Origin: Polyangiales bacterium
GTDB lineage: Bacteria; Myxococcota_A; Polyangia; Polyangiales; Polyangiaceae
Direction of reading: 5' to 3'
Assembly: GCA_038230375.1 (NCBI GenBank)
Contig: JBBRNJ010000039.1
Coordinates: forward strand, 14,119-78,118
DNA: 64,000 nucleotides
The notes beneath the pieces are model-generated. The model was not told the DNA's origin. It made no database searches and worked only from the letters and a program-made list of their open reading frames with translations. How positions within the stretch are numbered: the first letter of the stretch is position 1; each line of letters starts with the position of its first letter. Positions 36,939 to 46,248 of the stretch are shown here, one piece after another. A program made the position numbers and the translations under genes.

Positions 36939-38741
36939 ATGATGGGCGCTCCCAATGAGCCTCCCGACGTCGAGGGCATCGCTGACGGCGGCGCCCTTTC
37001 GTTCGGAAAATACCAGCCGTTCGCCACGCTCGGACGCGGTGGCATGGCCGACGTGTTCCTCACGGTCGCGCGCGGACCCATGGGCTTCAACAAGCTCGCG
37101 GTCGTCAAGCGGCTGCGCCAGGCCCTCGCGGAGGAGGTCGGCTTCCGCACCATGTTCCTGGACGAGGCCCGCCTTGCGGCGCGCCTGAACCACCCGAACA
37201 TCGTCCACACCTACGAGGTCGGGGAGCACAACGGCGCCTACTTCATCGCGATGGAGTTCCTGGAGGGCCAGTCGCTCAACAAGGTGATCAAGGAGGCGAG
37301 CAAGCGGCGCGAGAGCATTCCCCCCACGCTCTGCGCGCGCGTCATCGCCGAGGCTCTCTCCGGGCTTCACTACGCACACGAGCTCCGCGACTACGACGGC
37401 CGTCCGCTCACGGTCATCCATCGCGACGTGTCTCCGCACAACATCTTCGTGACGTACGACGGCCACACCAAGATGGTGGACTTCGGCATCGCGAAGGCCG
37501 CGCTCTCGTCGACCGAGACAGAGGTCGGCGTGCTCAAGGGCAAGGTCGCGTACATGTCGCCCGAGCAGGCGGCTGCCGGGCACATCGACTGCCGCGCAGA
37601 CATCTTCCCCATGGGGATCGTGCTGTGGGAGATGCTCACGGGCAAGCGCCTGATGGTCGGCGACTCTGCTGCGCAGACGCTGCATCGCCTGATGAACATG
37701 GAGATCCCGCGCGTGTCCTCGGTCATGCCCGAGGTCGACCCCATGCTCGACGAGATCGTCGCGCGCTCGCTGCAGAAGGATCCAGGCCTGCGCTTCCAGA
37801 GCGCGGCCGAGATGCGCGACGCGCTCGAGGCGTACATCGGAAGCACCGGCATGGCTGCGCGCCAGGACGACGTGAGCCGCCTCATGCTGCGGCTGTTCGG
37901 CAAGATCAAAGAGGAAGTGCAGCGGCAGGTGCAGAAGCACATGTCGACCATCACCCGCGCGAACAGCACGCAGGAGCTCCAGCACCTGAATGCGCAGTCG
38001 CTCAAGCGGCTGGAGAACTCTGGCGCAAACGTCAGCGGCTCGCTCTTGAAGCTCGGGAACAACAGCGGGAGCGGGAGCGGTATCGTCTCGAACTACCCGC
38101 CTCCGTACGAGCCGCAGCAGTCGGCCATGTCTGCTCAGATGCAGCCGGCGCAAGGCAACAAGTCCGCGATGCTCCTCGTCATCGCCGGCTTCCTGTTCCT
38201 GCTCGCCGTCGGGCTAGGGACCTTCGCCATGCTCAAGCTGCGGACGCCTGTGCAGGGCGGAAACGGATCGGACCCCAGCGCCGTGGCGCTCCTTGGTACC
38301 GGCAACGCGAACGGCGGTACCAACGGCGGCCCCGCGAATACGGTTGCCACGGGCACCGCAAACACCGCAAGCACTGGGAGCCCCACCGTCGCAACGTCCG
38401 TCGAGGTCGCACGCCCTCCGCCCACGGGCGTGACAAACACGGGGCGCCCGAACCCAGGCACGCGTCCGCAACCGCCACGTCCGCAGCCCACGCCGTCCGC
38501 GCAGCCCGTGGTGACTGCACCGGTCGCGACGGATGATCCGGGCTTCCTCACCATGGTCACCTATCCGTGGACGCGCGTGACCATCGGCGGCAAGACGCTC
38601 ACGACGCCGTTCAACAAGGTGGCCCTCCCGCCCGGCAACTACAACGCGGTGCTCGAGAACCCGGATCAGGGCATCAAGCAGACCATGCCCATCACGATCA
38701 AGAGCGGCGACACCACCACGAAGAATCTCAGCCTGAAATAG
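36939..38741 (+). CDS. Membrane Ser/Thr protein kinase with a Pro/Thr linker and PEGA-like C-terminal domain
   Basis: GRGGMADV, VVKR, HRDVSPHN, DFGIAK, YMSPEQ; one TM helix. Confidence 0.93.
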   Translation: MMGAPNEPPDVEGIADGGALSFGKYQPFATLGRGGMADVFLTVARGPMGFNKLAVVKRLRQALAEEVGFRTMFLDEARLAARLNHPNIVHTYEVGEHNGAYFIAMEFLEGQSLNKVIKEASKRRESIPPTLCARVIAEALSGLHYAHELRDYDGRPLTVIHRDVSPHNIFVTYDGHTKMVDFGIAKAALSSTETEVGVLKGKVAYMSPEQAAAGHIDCRADIFPMGIVLWEMLTGKRLMVGDSAAQTLHRLMNMEIPRVSSVMPEVDPMLDEIVARSLQKDPGLRFQSAAEMRDALEAYIGSTGMAARQDDVSRLMLRLFGKIKEEVQRQVQKHMSTITRANSTQELQHLNAQSLKRLENSGANVSGSLLKLGNNSGSGSGIVSNYPPPYEPQQSAMSAQMQPAQGNKSAMLLVIAGFLFLLAVGLGTFAMLKLRTPVQGGNGSDPSAVALLGTGNANGGTNGGPANTVATGTANTASTGSPTVATSVEVARPPPTGVTNTGRPNPGTRPQPPRPQPTPSAQPVVTAPVATDDPGFLTMVTYPWTRVTIGGKTLTTPFNKVALPPGNYNAVLENPDQGIKQTMPITIKSGDTTTKNLSLK

Positions 38742-38776
38742 GCCCTTCCGCCCTGCGATCCACTATCATCCACCCT

Positions 38777-40159
38777 ATGCTGGGAAGTGGTCGCATCAGG
38801 GGAGTCGCAGCGGCGTGCGCGGGAGCCTGCGCGCTCACCGTCATCGGATCGCTCTTCCTCGGAACCGAGGCGTGCTCCACGCCATCGGGCGCGCCGGCCA
38901 AGGGGCCCGAGCCGGTGAAGATCGGCGCCTCCATCTCGCTCACGAATGCGCTCGCCGGCTCCGGCGCGCCCCTCAAGAACGCCATCAGGGCGGCCGAGGG
39001 ACAGATCAACGCGAACGGCGGTCTGCTCGGTCGCCCCGTCCAGTTCATCATCCTGGACGACACCAGTGACGAGACCGCCACGCCTGGCAGCCTCATCCAG
39101 ACCACCGCGCAGAAGCTGGTCGACCAGGGCGTGGTCGCATTCCTCGGACCCGTCGGCAGCTCGCAGGTGCTGGCGATGCAGAACATCACCTACGGCAAAC
39201 AGATCATCCAGCTGGTCTCGAACGCCACGTCACCAAACCTTGCAGCAGCGCAGCCCGTTCACGATCGCTATCTGTTCCGCACCACACCCGCGGACGATCT
39301 ACAGGCGCGCGCCGTCGTGAAGTTCGCCATGGTCGGCCCCGCTGGGATCGCAGGCGACGCCGGCGCGTCCAACGCGTGCTCGAAGATGGCCATCTTCCAC
39401 ATCAACAACGCGTACGGCAACGGGATGAGCACCGTCATCCAGTCCTACTTCCCGCAGAAGCTCCCCACCGTGCAGCTGAAGGACGTCCCGGTCGACGTGG
39501 ACGTGAAGCCCGACTACAAGACCGAGCTCGCGACCATTGCGGCCTTCAAGCCCGACTGCATGGCAGTCATCACGTACGAGCCCAACGCCGACCAGTTGAT
39601 GACGGACCTGATCCAGTACAGGGCGGACAACCCCGGCGCGTTCCCGCCTTCGTTCTTCGTCATCGGTACGGATGGCGTCTACACCGGCGACTTCATCAAC
39701 AACGGGCGCGTGAACAAGAACGACCCGACCACGCCCACCGTCGCCGAGGGCGTCTACGGCACGAACCCGGACACGAACCCACCCACGTCCGAGTACGGCG
39801 ACTTTCGCACGATCTACCAGGCGTACTTCCCCGGCGGCGAGCCCGACCCGTTCACTGCAAACATGTATGATGCAGCCATCTGGGTCGCGCTCGCGATCGA
39901 ACAGGCGGGCTCCGCCACGGACCACGTGAAGATTCGCGACTCGCTCTACGACGTCTCCAAGGCCGGCAAGGTGTTCGGCCCGGGCGAGCTCGGCGAGGCG
40001 CTCCAGGCGATCCGCGCCGGCGTCAACATCGACTACAAGGGCGCCAGCGGCCCCGTCGACATCGACGACAACGGCAACGTCGTCAGCAACTACATCGTCT
40101 GGAAGGTCACGAACGGGAAGTTCGTGACGCTTGGACGGATCAACGCGCAGAGCCTGTGA
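38777..40159 (+). CDS. Branched-chain amino acid type (class I) substrate-binding protein, probable lipoprotein
   Basis: VKIGAS, INANGGLLGRPV, GPVGSS, FRTTPAD, YDAA, YKGASGPVDIDDNG. Confidence 0.88.
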   Translation: MLGSGRIRGVAAACAGACALTVIGSLFLGTEACSTPSGAPAKGPEPVKIGASISLTNALAGSGAPLKNAIRAAEGQINANGGLLGRPVQFIILDDTSDETATPGSLIQTTAQKLVDQGVVAFLGPVGSSQVLAMQNITYGKQIIQLVSNATSPNLAAAQPVHDRYLFRTTPADDLQARAVVKFAMVGPAGIAGDAGASNACSKMAIFHINNAYGNGMSTVIQSYFPQKLPTVQLKDVPVDVDVKPDYKTELATIAAFKPDCMAVITYEPNADQLMTDLIQYRADNPGAFPPSFFVIGTDGVYTGDFINNGRVNKNDPTTPTVAEGVYGTNPDTNPPTSEYGDFRTIYQAYFPGGEPDPFTANMYDAAIWVALAIEQAGSATDHVKIRDSLYDVSKAGKVFGPGELGEALQAIRAGVNIDYKGASGPVDIDDNGNVVSNYIVWKVTNGKFVTLGRINAQSL

Positions 40160-40683
40160 TGCACGAGAACACGCCCGCCCACCCGCTCGCCAGAAGAGCC
40201 TTCGCGCTCGGTACCAGCGCCATCGGCGCAGCGCTCGTCGTGGCATGCAGCGCCGAAGCCACGCCATCGAGCGGTACCTACACGGTGAACTTTCCATCGG
40301 TCGCGGCCGCGGTCGCCACGGATACCGTCCAGCTCTTCGTGTTCGACGCCAAGGGGCAAGATCCGAACAGCGTGTGTTCGGAGCTGATGCTGAAGGTGAA
40401 GAGCAAACAGGACCTTGGCCCGAGCATCCTGACCGGCCCCGCGATCACGCCGTGCGACCTTGCCGCTGGCGCGAAGTCCATCACGATCCCATACGGCGAG
40501 AAGGCGATCGTCGCGCTGGGCCAGTCGGGCAACGTCACGCTGCTTGCGGGCTGCGTGGAGGAGACGGTCGGGGCGGGCAATCTGCCCATTGCGATCTCGG
40601 TCGGCATCGTCAACACGAAGGCCTCCGTCAAGTCGACGACCTGCACGAAGCTGAGCGACTTCTGCACGCAGCAGTGCAAGTAG
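40159..40683 (+). CDS. Hypothetical Cys-containing lipoprotein
   Basis: Lipobox VVAC; TGATG overlap with the substrate-binding protein gene. Confidence 0.75.
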   Translation: MHENTPAHPLARRAFALGTSAIGAALVVACSAEATPSSGTYTVNFPSVAAAVATDTVQLFVFDAKGQDPNSVCSELMLKVKSKQDLGPSILTGPAITPCDLAAGAKSITIPYGEKAIVALGQSGNVTLLAGCVEETVGAGNLPIAISVGIVNTKASVKSTTCTKLSDFCTQQCK

Positions 40684-40687
40684 GAAA

Positions 40688-40735
40688 CGTCAGTTACAGC
40701 GTTCGCCAGAGCGTCGGCTACAGCGTCAGTTACAG
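40688..40735. repeat. Degenerate 12-bp tandem repeat x4 spanning the stop codon of the TPR gene
   Basis: cgtcagttacag / cgttcgccagag / cgtcggctacag / cgtcagttacag. Confidence 0.6.
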
Positions 40736-41765
40736 AGCTCGCCGGCGCAGCGGACCGCGGGGCTGAGCGCTGCCGACGTGGGCGCGTCGTGCGGGCGGAA
40801 CGCGAAGTAGCCGCCCGTCGCCGCTCCGGCGATCACGACTGCTCCGGCGATGACCCAGAAGGTGGTGCTTCCAAGGAAGCCGCCCTTCTCTTTGGGCTTG
40901 TCGCCATAGCCCTTGGCCTCCGCGAAGGCCGTCTTGGGAACGTCCTTGGAGCCTGCCTCGAGAACCACGTCCTCGCGCTCGTCCAACGCCTGCACGTAGT
41001 AGTCGAGGCGGGTCTTGCCTGCGGGCGCGGCGGGACCTCCACCTGCACGCCGTCGCCGACCACGATCGTGCTGGTCTGGTACTCGCCCGATGACGCCCAG
41101 CGCTGGCCCACGTGCACCTTCTTCACCATCTTGCTTGGATCGCGCGTGGTGACGCGAATGGTGCCCGCTTCGCCCACGCGCACGGCGACCTGCGTCTCGA
41201 TGCCAGGCTTCTGCGGCAACGCGCGCCAGTAGCCACGAGCCTCCGAGAACGGCGTGGACACCTTGGGCCCGAGGTTCGTGTCGACCGTGAACTCGGGGTC
41301 GTACGCGAGCAGCTGCTGGAAGGCCTCGCGCGACTGATCCTCTTTGTCGAGCACGGCGTACGTGATGGCGAGCACGCGATAGACGCGCACCAGATCCTGG
41401 TGTGACAGCCCGGTCTTCTTGATGACGCGCTCTGCAACGCTGTTCGCGGCCTCGAAATCCAGCTTCGCGTAGAGCTGCTCTGCCGTGTCCGCATCCGCGG
41501 GCGGGGGAGGTGGCGGCTCCTTCTTGGGCGCCGCCGCAAGCGCAGCCCCGAACTGCAAAGCAAACAGCGCAAACATGCAAAGCGACAGCAGCCGTCGAGC
41601 GACCAGAGGGAGCCGAATACGTGAGGGATGCAAAGCGACCAGAGGGAGCGCAATACCAGAGGAATGCAAAGCGACCAGAGGGAGCGCAATACCAGAGGAA
41701 TGCAGAGCGACCGAAGGGAGGCGACTACCTGAGGAATGCAGAGCGACCGAAGGGAGCGGATGCAT
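40726..41765 (-). pseudogene. TPR-containing exported protein with a C-terminal hydrophobic segment, split by a 1-nt frameshift (pseudogene or sequencing error)
   Basis: ORF ...VQVEVP continues as AAPAGKTRLDYYVQ...FWVIAGAVV in another frame; adding one base to the G run at 41032-41034 restores a single reading frame. Confidence 0.75.
41597..41758. repeat. 36-bp tandem repeat, 4.5 copies
   Basis: Units start at 41597, 41633, 41669, 41705 and 41741; consensus RAGCGACCRRAGGGAG-N10-GAGGAATGCA. Confidence 0.92.
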
Positions 41766-41825
41766 GCGCCCGAGCATATCCGGAAAGAACAAACTGCGCT
41801 AACACGTGACGGCGGAGGGTGACCC

Positions 41826-42296
41826 ATGGCGAGGGAGCGCGCGAGCTGGGACCAGTACTTCATGAACATCGCAACGGAGGTCGCCACGCGCGCCACCTGC
41901 GATCGGAAGCATGTCGGCGCCGTGATCGTCCGCGACAAGTCGATCCTCGCCACGGGCTACAACGGCTCGATCCGCGGGCTGGGGCACTGCGACGAGGAGG
42001 GCCACCTCATGGAGGAGGGCCACTGCGTCCGCACCGTCCACGCGGAGGCGAACGCGATCGTCCAGGCAGCCAAGCACGGCATGGGCATCGAGGGCGCGAG
42101 CATCTATGTCACCGCATCGCCGTGCTGGCCGTGCTTCCGGCTCATCGCCAATGCAGGCCTCGTGCGCATTGTCTTCGGTGAGTTCTACCGCGACCAGCGC
42201 ATCTTCGAGTTCTCCACGCGCATCGGGATCGAGCTCGCCGACCTGTCCGAGTACGTCGCCACGAAGAAGAAGGCCATAGCGGAGCCCCGCGCCTGA
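41826..42296 (+). CDS. dCMP/cytidine deaminase family protein (ComEB-like)
   Basis: VGAVIV, TGYNG, HAEANAI, SPCWPC zinc motif. Confidence 0.92.
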   Translation: MARERASWDQYFMNIATEVATRATCDRKHVGAVIVRDKSILATGYNGSIRGLGHCDEEGHLMEEGHCVRTVHAEANAIVQAAKHGMGIEGASIYVTASPCWPCFRLIANAGLVRIVFGEFYRDQRIFEFSTRIGIELADLSEYVATKKKAIAEPRA

Positions 42297-43300
42297 TGCC
42301 CGTCGTCGGGGGTCACGAAGCGCGCCGCCTCAAGGTCGCGGTGATCGTCGGCGGCCCGTCCTCCGAGGCGGAGGTGAGCCGCGCTTCGGGCAAGGGGATC
42401 GCCGCTGCGCTCGAGGAGAAGGGGCACACCGCCGCGCGCATCGAGCTCGACGCATTCGCGTCCGAGGCCATTCGTGATGGCGGCTTTGACGTCGTGTTCC
42501 CGATCACGCACGGCGCGGTCGGCGAGGATGGTGGGCTTCAAGGCATGCTCGAGGTGCTCGGTGTCCCCTACGTGGGCTCTGGCGTGCTTGCGAGCGCCGT
42601 CGCGATGGACAAGCCAACCGCGAAGCTCGTCTTCCATTCGCGCGGGCTGCCGCTGGCGAAGGGGCGGGCGGTCCGCGAGAGCGACGGCGCTCCCATGGAG
42701 CTCGTGAAGCGCCTGCGCGAGCAGATCGGGCGTGCGCTCGTCGTCAAGCCCACGGCCAGCGGCTCGGCCATCGGCGTGCATCGGTTCGGCGCGGACGACC
42801 CGGACGACAAGATCGCGGCCGCGCTCGCGGAGACGTTCCGCCTGGGCGACGGCGCACTGGTGGAGGAGCTCTGCGCGGGCAGGGAAGTGACCTGCGGCGT
42901 GCTCGAGCGTGACGGCGTGACCCGCGCGCTTCCGCCCACGGAGATCCTGTCCGAACAAGATGCATTCTACACCTATGAGGCGCGCTATGCGCCCGGTCGC
43001 AGCCGGCATGTCTGCCCCGCGGAGCTTGGAGCCAACGCGGCGCTGGTCCAGGAGATCGCGATCCGCGCGCATCAGGCGCTCGGCTGCCGGGACCTCTCAC
43101 GCGCCGACTTCGTCGTCTCGGACGAGCGCGTGGTCTTGCTCGAGGTGAACACGCTCCCCGGCTTCACGGGCACGAGCCTCTATCCCGAGGCGGCCGCCAT
43201 CAGCGGAATGCCCATGGCCGAGCTGTGCGATCACCTCGTCCACACTGCCTGGAAGCGCGGTCCGACCCGCCGAAACGAAGCGCGTCCCCTTCCTACCTGA
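42296..43300 (+). CDS. ddl: D-alanine--D-alanine ligase
   Basis: GGPSSEAEVS, HGAVGEDG, MDK, GSAIGV, FYTYEARY, LEVNTLPG. Confidence 0.93.
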   Translation: MPVVGGHEARRLKVAVIVGGPSSEAEVSRASGKGIAAALEEKGHTAARIELDAFASEAIRDGGFDVVFPITHGAVGEDGGLQGMLEVLGVPYVGSGVLASAVAMDKPTAKLVFHSRGLPLAKGRAVRESDGAPMELVKRLREQIGRALVVKPTASGSAIGVHRFGADDPDDKIAAALAETFRLGDGALVEELCAGREVTCGVLERDGVTRALPPTEILSEQDAFYTYEARYAPGRSRHVCPAELGANAALVQEIAIRAHQALGCRDLSRADFVVSDERVVLLEVNTLPGFTGTSLYPEAAAISGMPMAELCDHLVHTAWKRGPTRRNEARPLPT

Positions 43301-43475
43301 GCATCGACCTTCGTGAGCGGGGCTGCGGAGCCCCAAGGAAGCGCATCTGGCGCGCGTCCAATCGGCGACATATTGCTGCCTACATACGCGCCTACGAGCG
43401 CACTCTTGCGTCCGCGGCGTCTTGCGTGAGGGGTTGGTCGACGCAATCCTTGTAGGAGGAAGCTTTTTTCGAACG

Positions 43476-44594
43476 ATGGCGCGGGACTCCTTCTACAACG
43501 AGACCATTCTGTGGACGGGCAAGCCGGAGGTGATTCGCACACCCCTCTTGTGGCGCATCGTCTCGGCGATCGCTGGCGTCATGAGCGTCACCTCCGTTGC
43601 GTTTGCCATCGTGGTGGCGTCGGCCATCCATCGTCCCATCGGCTCCATGCTGCTCGTGTCTGCATGGTGCGCCACCCTCGCGCTCGCCGCGTGGAAGGGG
43701 CCGCAGATCTGGCTCGCGGGCGTCACGTATCAGGTGACTGACAAGCACATCGTGTGGCGACGAGGTCGCCTCCGTCGCGCGATAGAGCGAACCGGCGTCA
43801 GCTACGCGGTGCTTCGCTGGACCGACCGCGAGGCGGGCATCGGCGACCTGCTCCTCACCCGCGCGGTCCCCACGGGCGCGCTCCGTCGCACGCTGAGCCT
43901 CACGCTCACGGCCGTGAAGGCGCCAGACCACGTCTTCTCGCTCGTGCGCGGCGCACCGCTCGGTGCCATTCATGCCGGCGCTGGGGCCGGCGCGCGCCCC
44001 CTCGCGCAGCGGCTGGATCCGGGCGAGCGCGTGCTCTGGTCCGCGATGCCGCTCGCCTCGCCGTGGACGTTGCGGCGCGGCCTTCGGGCGATGATCTCGG
44101 TCGGCCTCGCGCTGTCGCTCGTGCGGATGCTGCTGCGCGCGGTGCCCAGCCTGACCAAGCTACTCCACGCGCATGCGCTGCCCGGCTGGACGTTCGGGTT
44201 GATGCTCGGCGCAATCGCTGTCGTGGCCGTGGTGCTGCTGGTGTCTGCATTCGCCGTGGGCTGGTCGGCGCTGGTGCTGCCGTGGAAGAAGAAGCAACGC
44301 ACCCGCTACTTCGTGACGAACAAGCGCGTGCTCATCGCGCGTGACGACGAGGAGCTCCATCTGGACCGCGCCCGCATCGCCTACGTGATCGCCACGAAGG
44401 CAAAGAAGCTCGGCGACGTGTTCCTGGTGCTGGACGGTCCGCATGCGCGCGCCCTGGCGCTGTCTGGAGCGTTCGGTGGGGACGATGGCGGCCTGCTTCG
44501 GCCCGTCTTCAGCGCCATCGAGGACGCGGACAGCGTCCACGACCTTCTCGCCAAGAAGAGCGAGAAGACCCCCGAGATGCGCGACGCCGCGTGA
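43476..44594 (+). CDS. Membrane protein with duplicated TM-pair/bacterial PH-like modules
   Basis: Internal duplication ETILWTGKP...YQVTDKHIV / ERVLWSAMP...YFVTNKRVL. Confidence 0.7.
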   Translation: MARDSFYNETILWTGKPEVIRTPLLWRIVSAIAGVMSVTSVAFAIVVASAIHRPIGSMLLVSAWCATLALAAWKGPQIWLAGVTYQVTDKHIVWRRGRLRRAIERTGVSYAVLRWTDREAGIGDLLLTRAVPTGALRRTLSLTLTAVKAPDHVFSLVRGAPLGAIHAGAGAGARPLAQRLDPGERVLWSAMPLASPWTLRRGLRAMISVGLALSLVRMLLRAVPSLTKLLHAHALPGWTFGLMLGAIAVVAVVLLVSAFAVGWSALVLPWKKKQRTRYFVTNKRVLIARDDEELHLDRARIAYVIATKAKKLGDVFLVLDGPHARALALSGAFGGDDGGLLRPVFSAIEDADSVHDLLAKKSEKTPEMRDAA

Positions 44595-44661
44595 ACATCC
44601 ACGCGTGCCTGAAATGACGCAATGAAAAGAGCCTTCCGCGCGTTATGATGCAGGCCGACTC

Positions 44662-46248
44662 GTGATTGCGGTTGGACAGGTTCTCAGCGAGAAGTACCGC
44701 CTCGTCCGGCTGGTCGGGGACGGCGGCATGGGCTCCGTGTACGAAGCGGAGCACCTTTTGCTCGGCACGCACGTCGCTATCAAGGTGCTTCACCCAGAGC
44801 TCGCGCGCAGAGCCGGCCTTGCCGAGCGGTTCATGCAGGAGGCCCGCGTCTCCGCCCAGATCAAGAGTCCACACGTGGTGGGCGTCCACGACGTGGATCG
44901 CACGGCCGACGGCGAGGCATTCCTGGTGATGGAGCTGCTCGAGGGCGAGCCGCTCTCGTCGCGCCTCGATCGCGAGAAGCGCCTCGACGAGGCGATGGCG
45001 TGCGACATCACGAGCCAGATCCTGGAGGCGCTCTCCGCTGCGCACCAGATGGGCGTCGTCCACCGCGACCTCAAGCCAGAGAACGTCTTCCTCACGCGGG
45101 GCCGCTCGCGTCCCTTCGTGAAGGTGATCGACTTTGGGATCGCCAAGCTCCGCCACGATCCGCTGCACGCGCCCGCGCAGAAGAACCTCACGGCGGCCGG
45201 CGTCATGATGGGCACGGCCGAGTACATGGCGCCCGAGCAGGCCTACTCCGCGGCCGAGGTGGACGCGCGCGCGGACATCTACTCCGTGGGCGTCATGCTC
45301 TACGAGATGCTCGCCGGGAAGCGGCCCGTCTCCGGTGACGACGCACGCATCATCGCCATCAAGGTCGAGCGCGGCGAGGTCACGCCCCTCGTTCATGCCG
45401 CGCCAGGCGTGCGGCCAGAGCTCGCGGGCCTGGTGCATCGCGCGATCTCGTCACATCCCGATCTACGTTTTCAGTCCGCCACCGAGATGATGGAGGCGCT
45501 CGCCGCGCTGTCCGGTCTGGCCGGCGCACGGAAGCAGGACACCACACCGCTGGCTGGGGCCGCCGCGCAGCCCCATGCAGCCGGACGCGTGAAGGAGCCC
45601 GTCGAGAGCCCCGCGCTGGAAGCACCGAAGGCAGGGACACAGATGGCGGCGCCTCTCCGCCCGGCCTACGCAGCCGCCGCGGCAGGCGCGCCACATCAGA
45701 CCCAAATGCGCGGACCCGACGACCACGACGACGAGGAGGAGCAGCGGCCCCGACCGCGGTCCCGCGGCGGAAGCTGGGTCTACGTGCTCGCGTCGCTGCT
45801 TGTGGGCGCCAGCGTCGTCGGTGGATATGTATTCTACACGAATAACTACCCCGCCATGCCGGCGCCCGTGCCGCTCGTCGCGCCCACGACCACACTGAAC
45901 CAGAACCCCACCGCGCCGAGCATCACTCCGTCCGGACCCGCCGTGAGTCCAACCGCTCCGCCCGCGACGCCTCCGCTCACGCCTCCTCTGACACCAGGCA
46001 TCGGGCCCGGTCCGCACGTCGCGCCTCCGCCGGGACCTGGCGTTCCTTCCGCGGCGCCCGCGCCGAGCATCACGCCGCTCGCATTCCCATCCGCGTTTCC
46101 GTTTCCCATTCCTTCGAACGGGACCATGCCGCCGTTCCAGATGCCGTCGGGCTTCCCCACCGCGTTCCCGCCGTTTGGCATGCCGCCGCAGGCGCCGCAG
46201 CCGGGTCAGCCCTTGCCTCAGCAGCCCGTGCCCGGGGTGGTTCCGTGA
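44662..46248 (+). CDS. Membrane Ser/Thr protein kinase with a Pro-rich C-terminal tail
   Basis: GDGGMGSVY, VAIK, HRDLKPEN, DFGIAK, YMAPEQ; one TM helix. Confidence 0.95.
   Translation: MIAVGQVLSEKYRLVRLVGDGGMGSVYEAEHLLLGTHVAIKVLHPELARRAGLAERFMQEARVSAQIKSPHVVGVHDVDRTADGEAFLVMELLEGEPLSSRLDREKRLDEAMACDITSQILEALSAAHQMGVVHRDLKPENVFLTRGRSRPFVKVIDFGIAKLRHDPLHAPAQKNLTAAGVMMGTAEYMAPEQAYSAAEVDARADIYSVGVMLYEMLAGKRPVSGDDARIIAIKVERGEVTPLVHAAPGVRPELAGLVHRAISSHPDLRFQSATEMMEALAALSGLAGARKQDTTPLAGAAAQPHAAGRVKEPVESPALEAPKAGTQMAAPLRPAYAAAAAGAPHQTQMRGPDDHDDEEEQRPRPRSRGGSWVYVLASLLVGASVVGGYVFYTNNYPAMPAPVPLVAPTTTLNQNPTAPSITPSGPAVSPTAPPATPPLTPPLTPGIGPGPHVAPPPGPGVPSAAPAPSITPLAFPSAFPFPIPSNGTMPPFQMPSGFPTAFPPFGMPPQAPQPGQPLPQQPVPGVVP

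Noticed and set aside
41597..41758. CRISPR or TIGR array
   Set aside because: The variable blocks are only 10 nt and resemble each other (two are identical); no cas or Nop-domain gene is in the window
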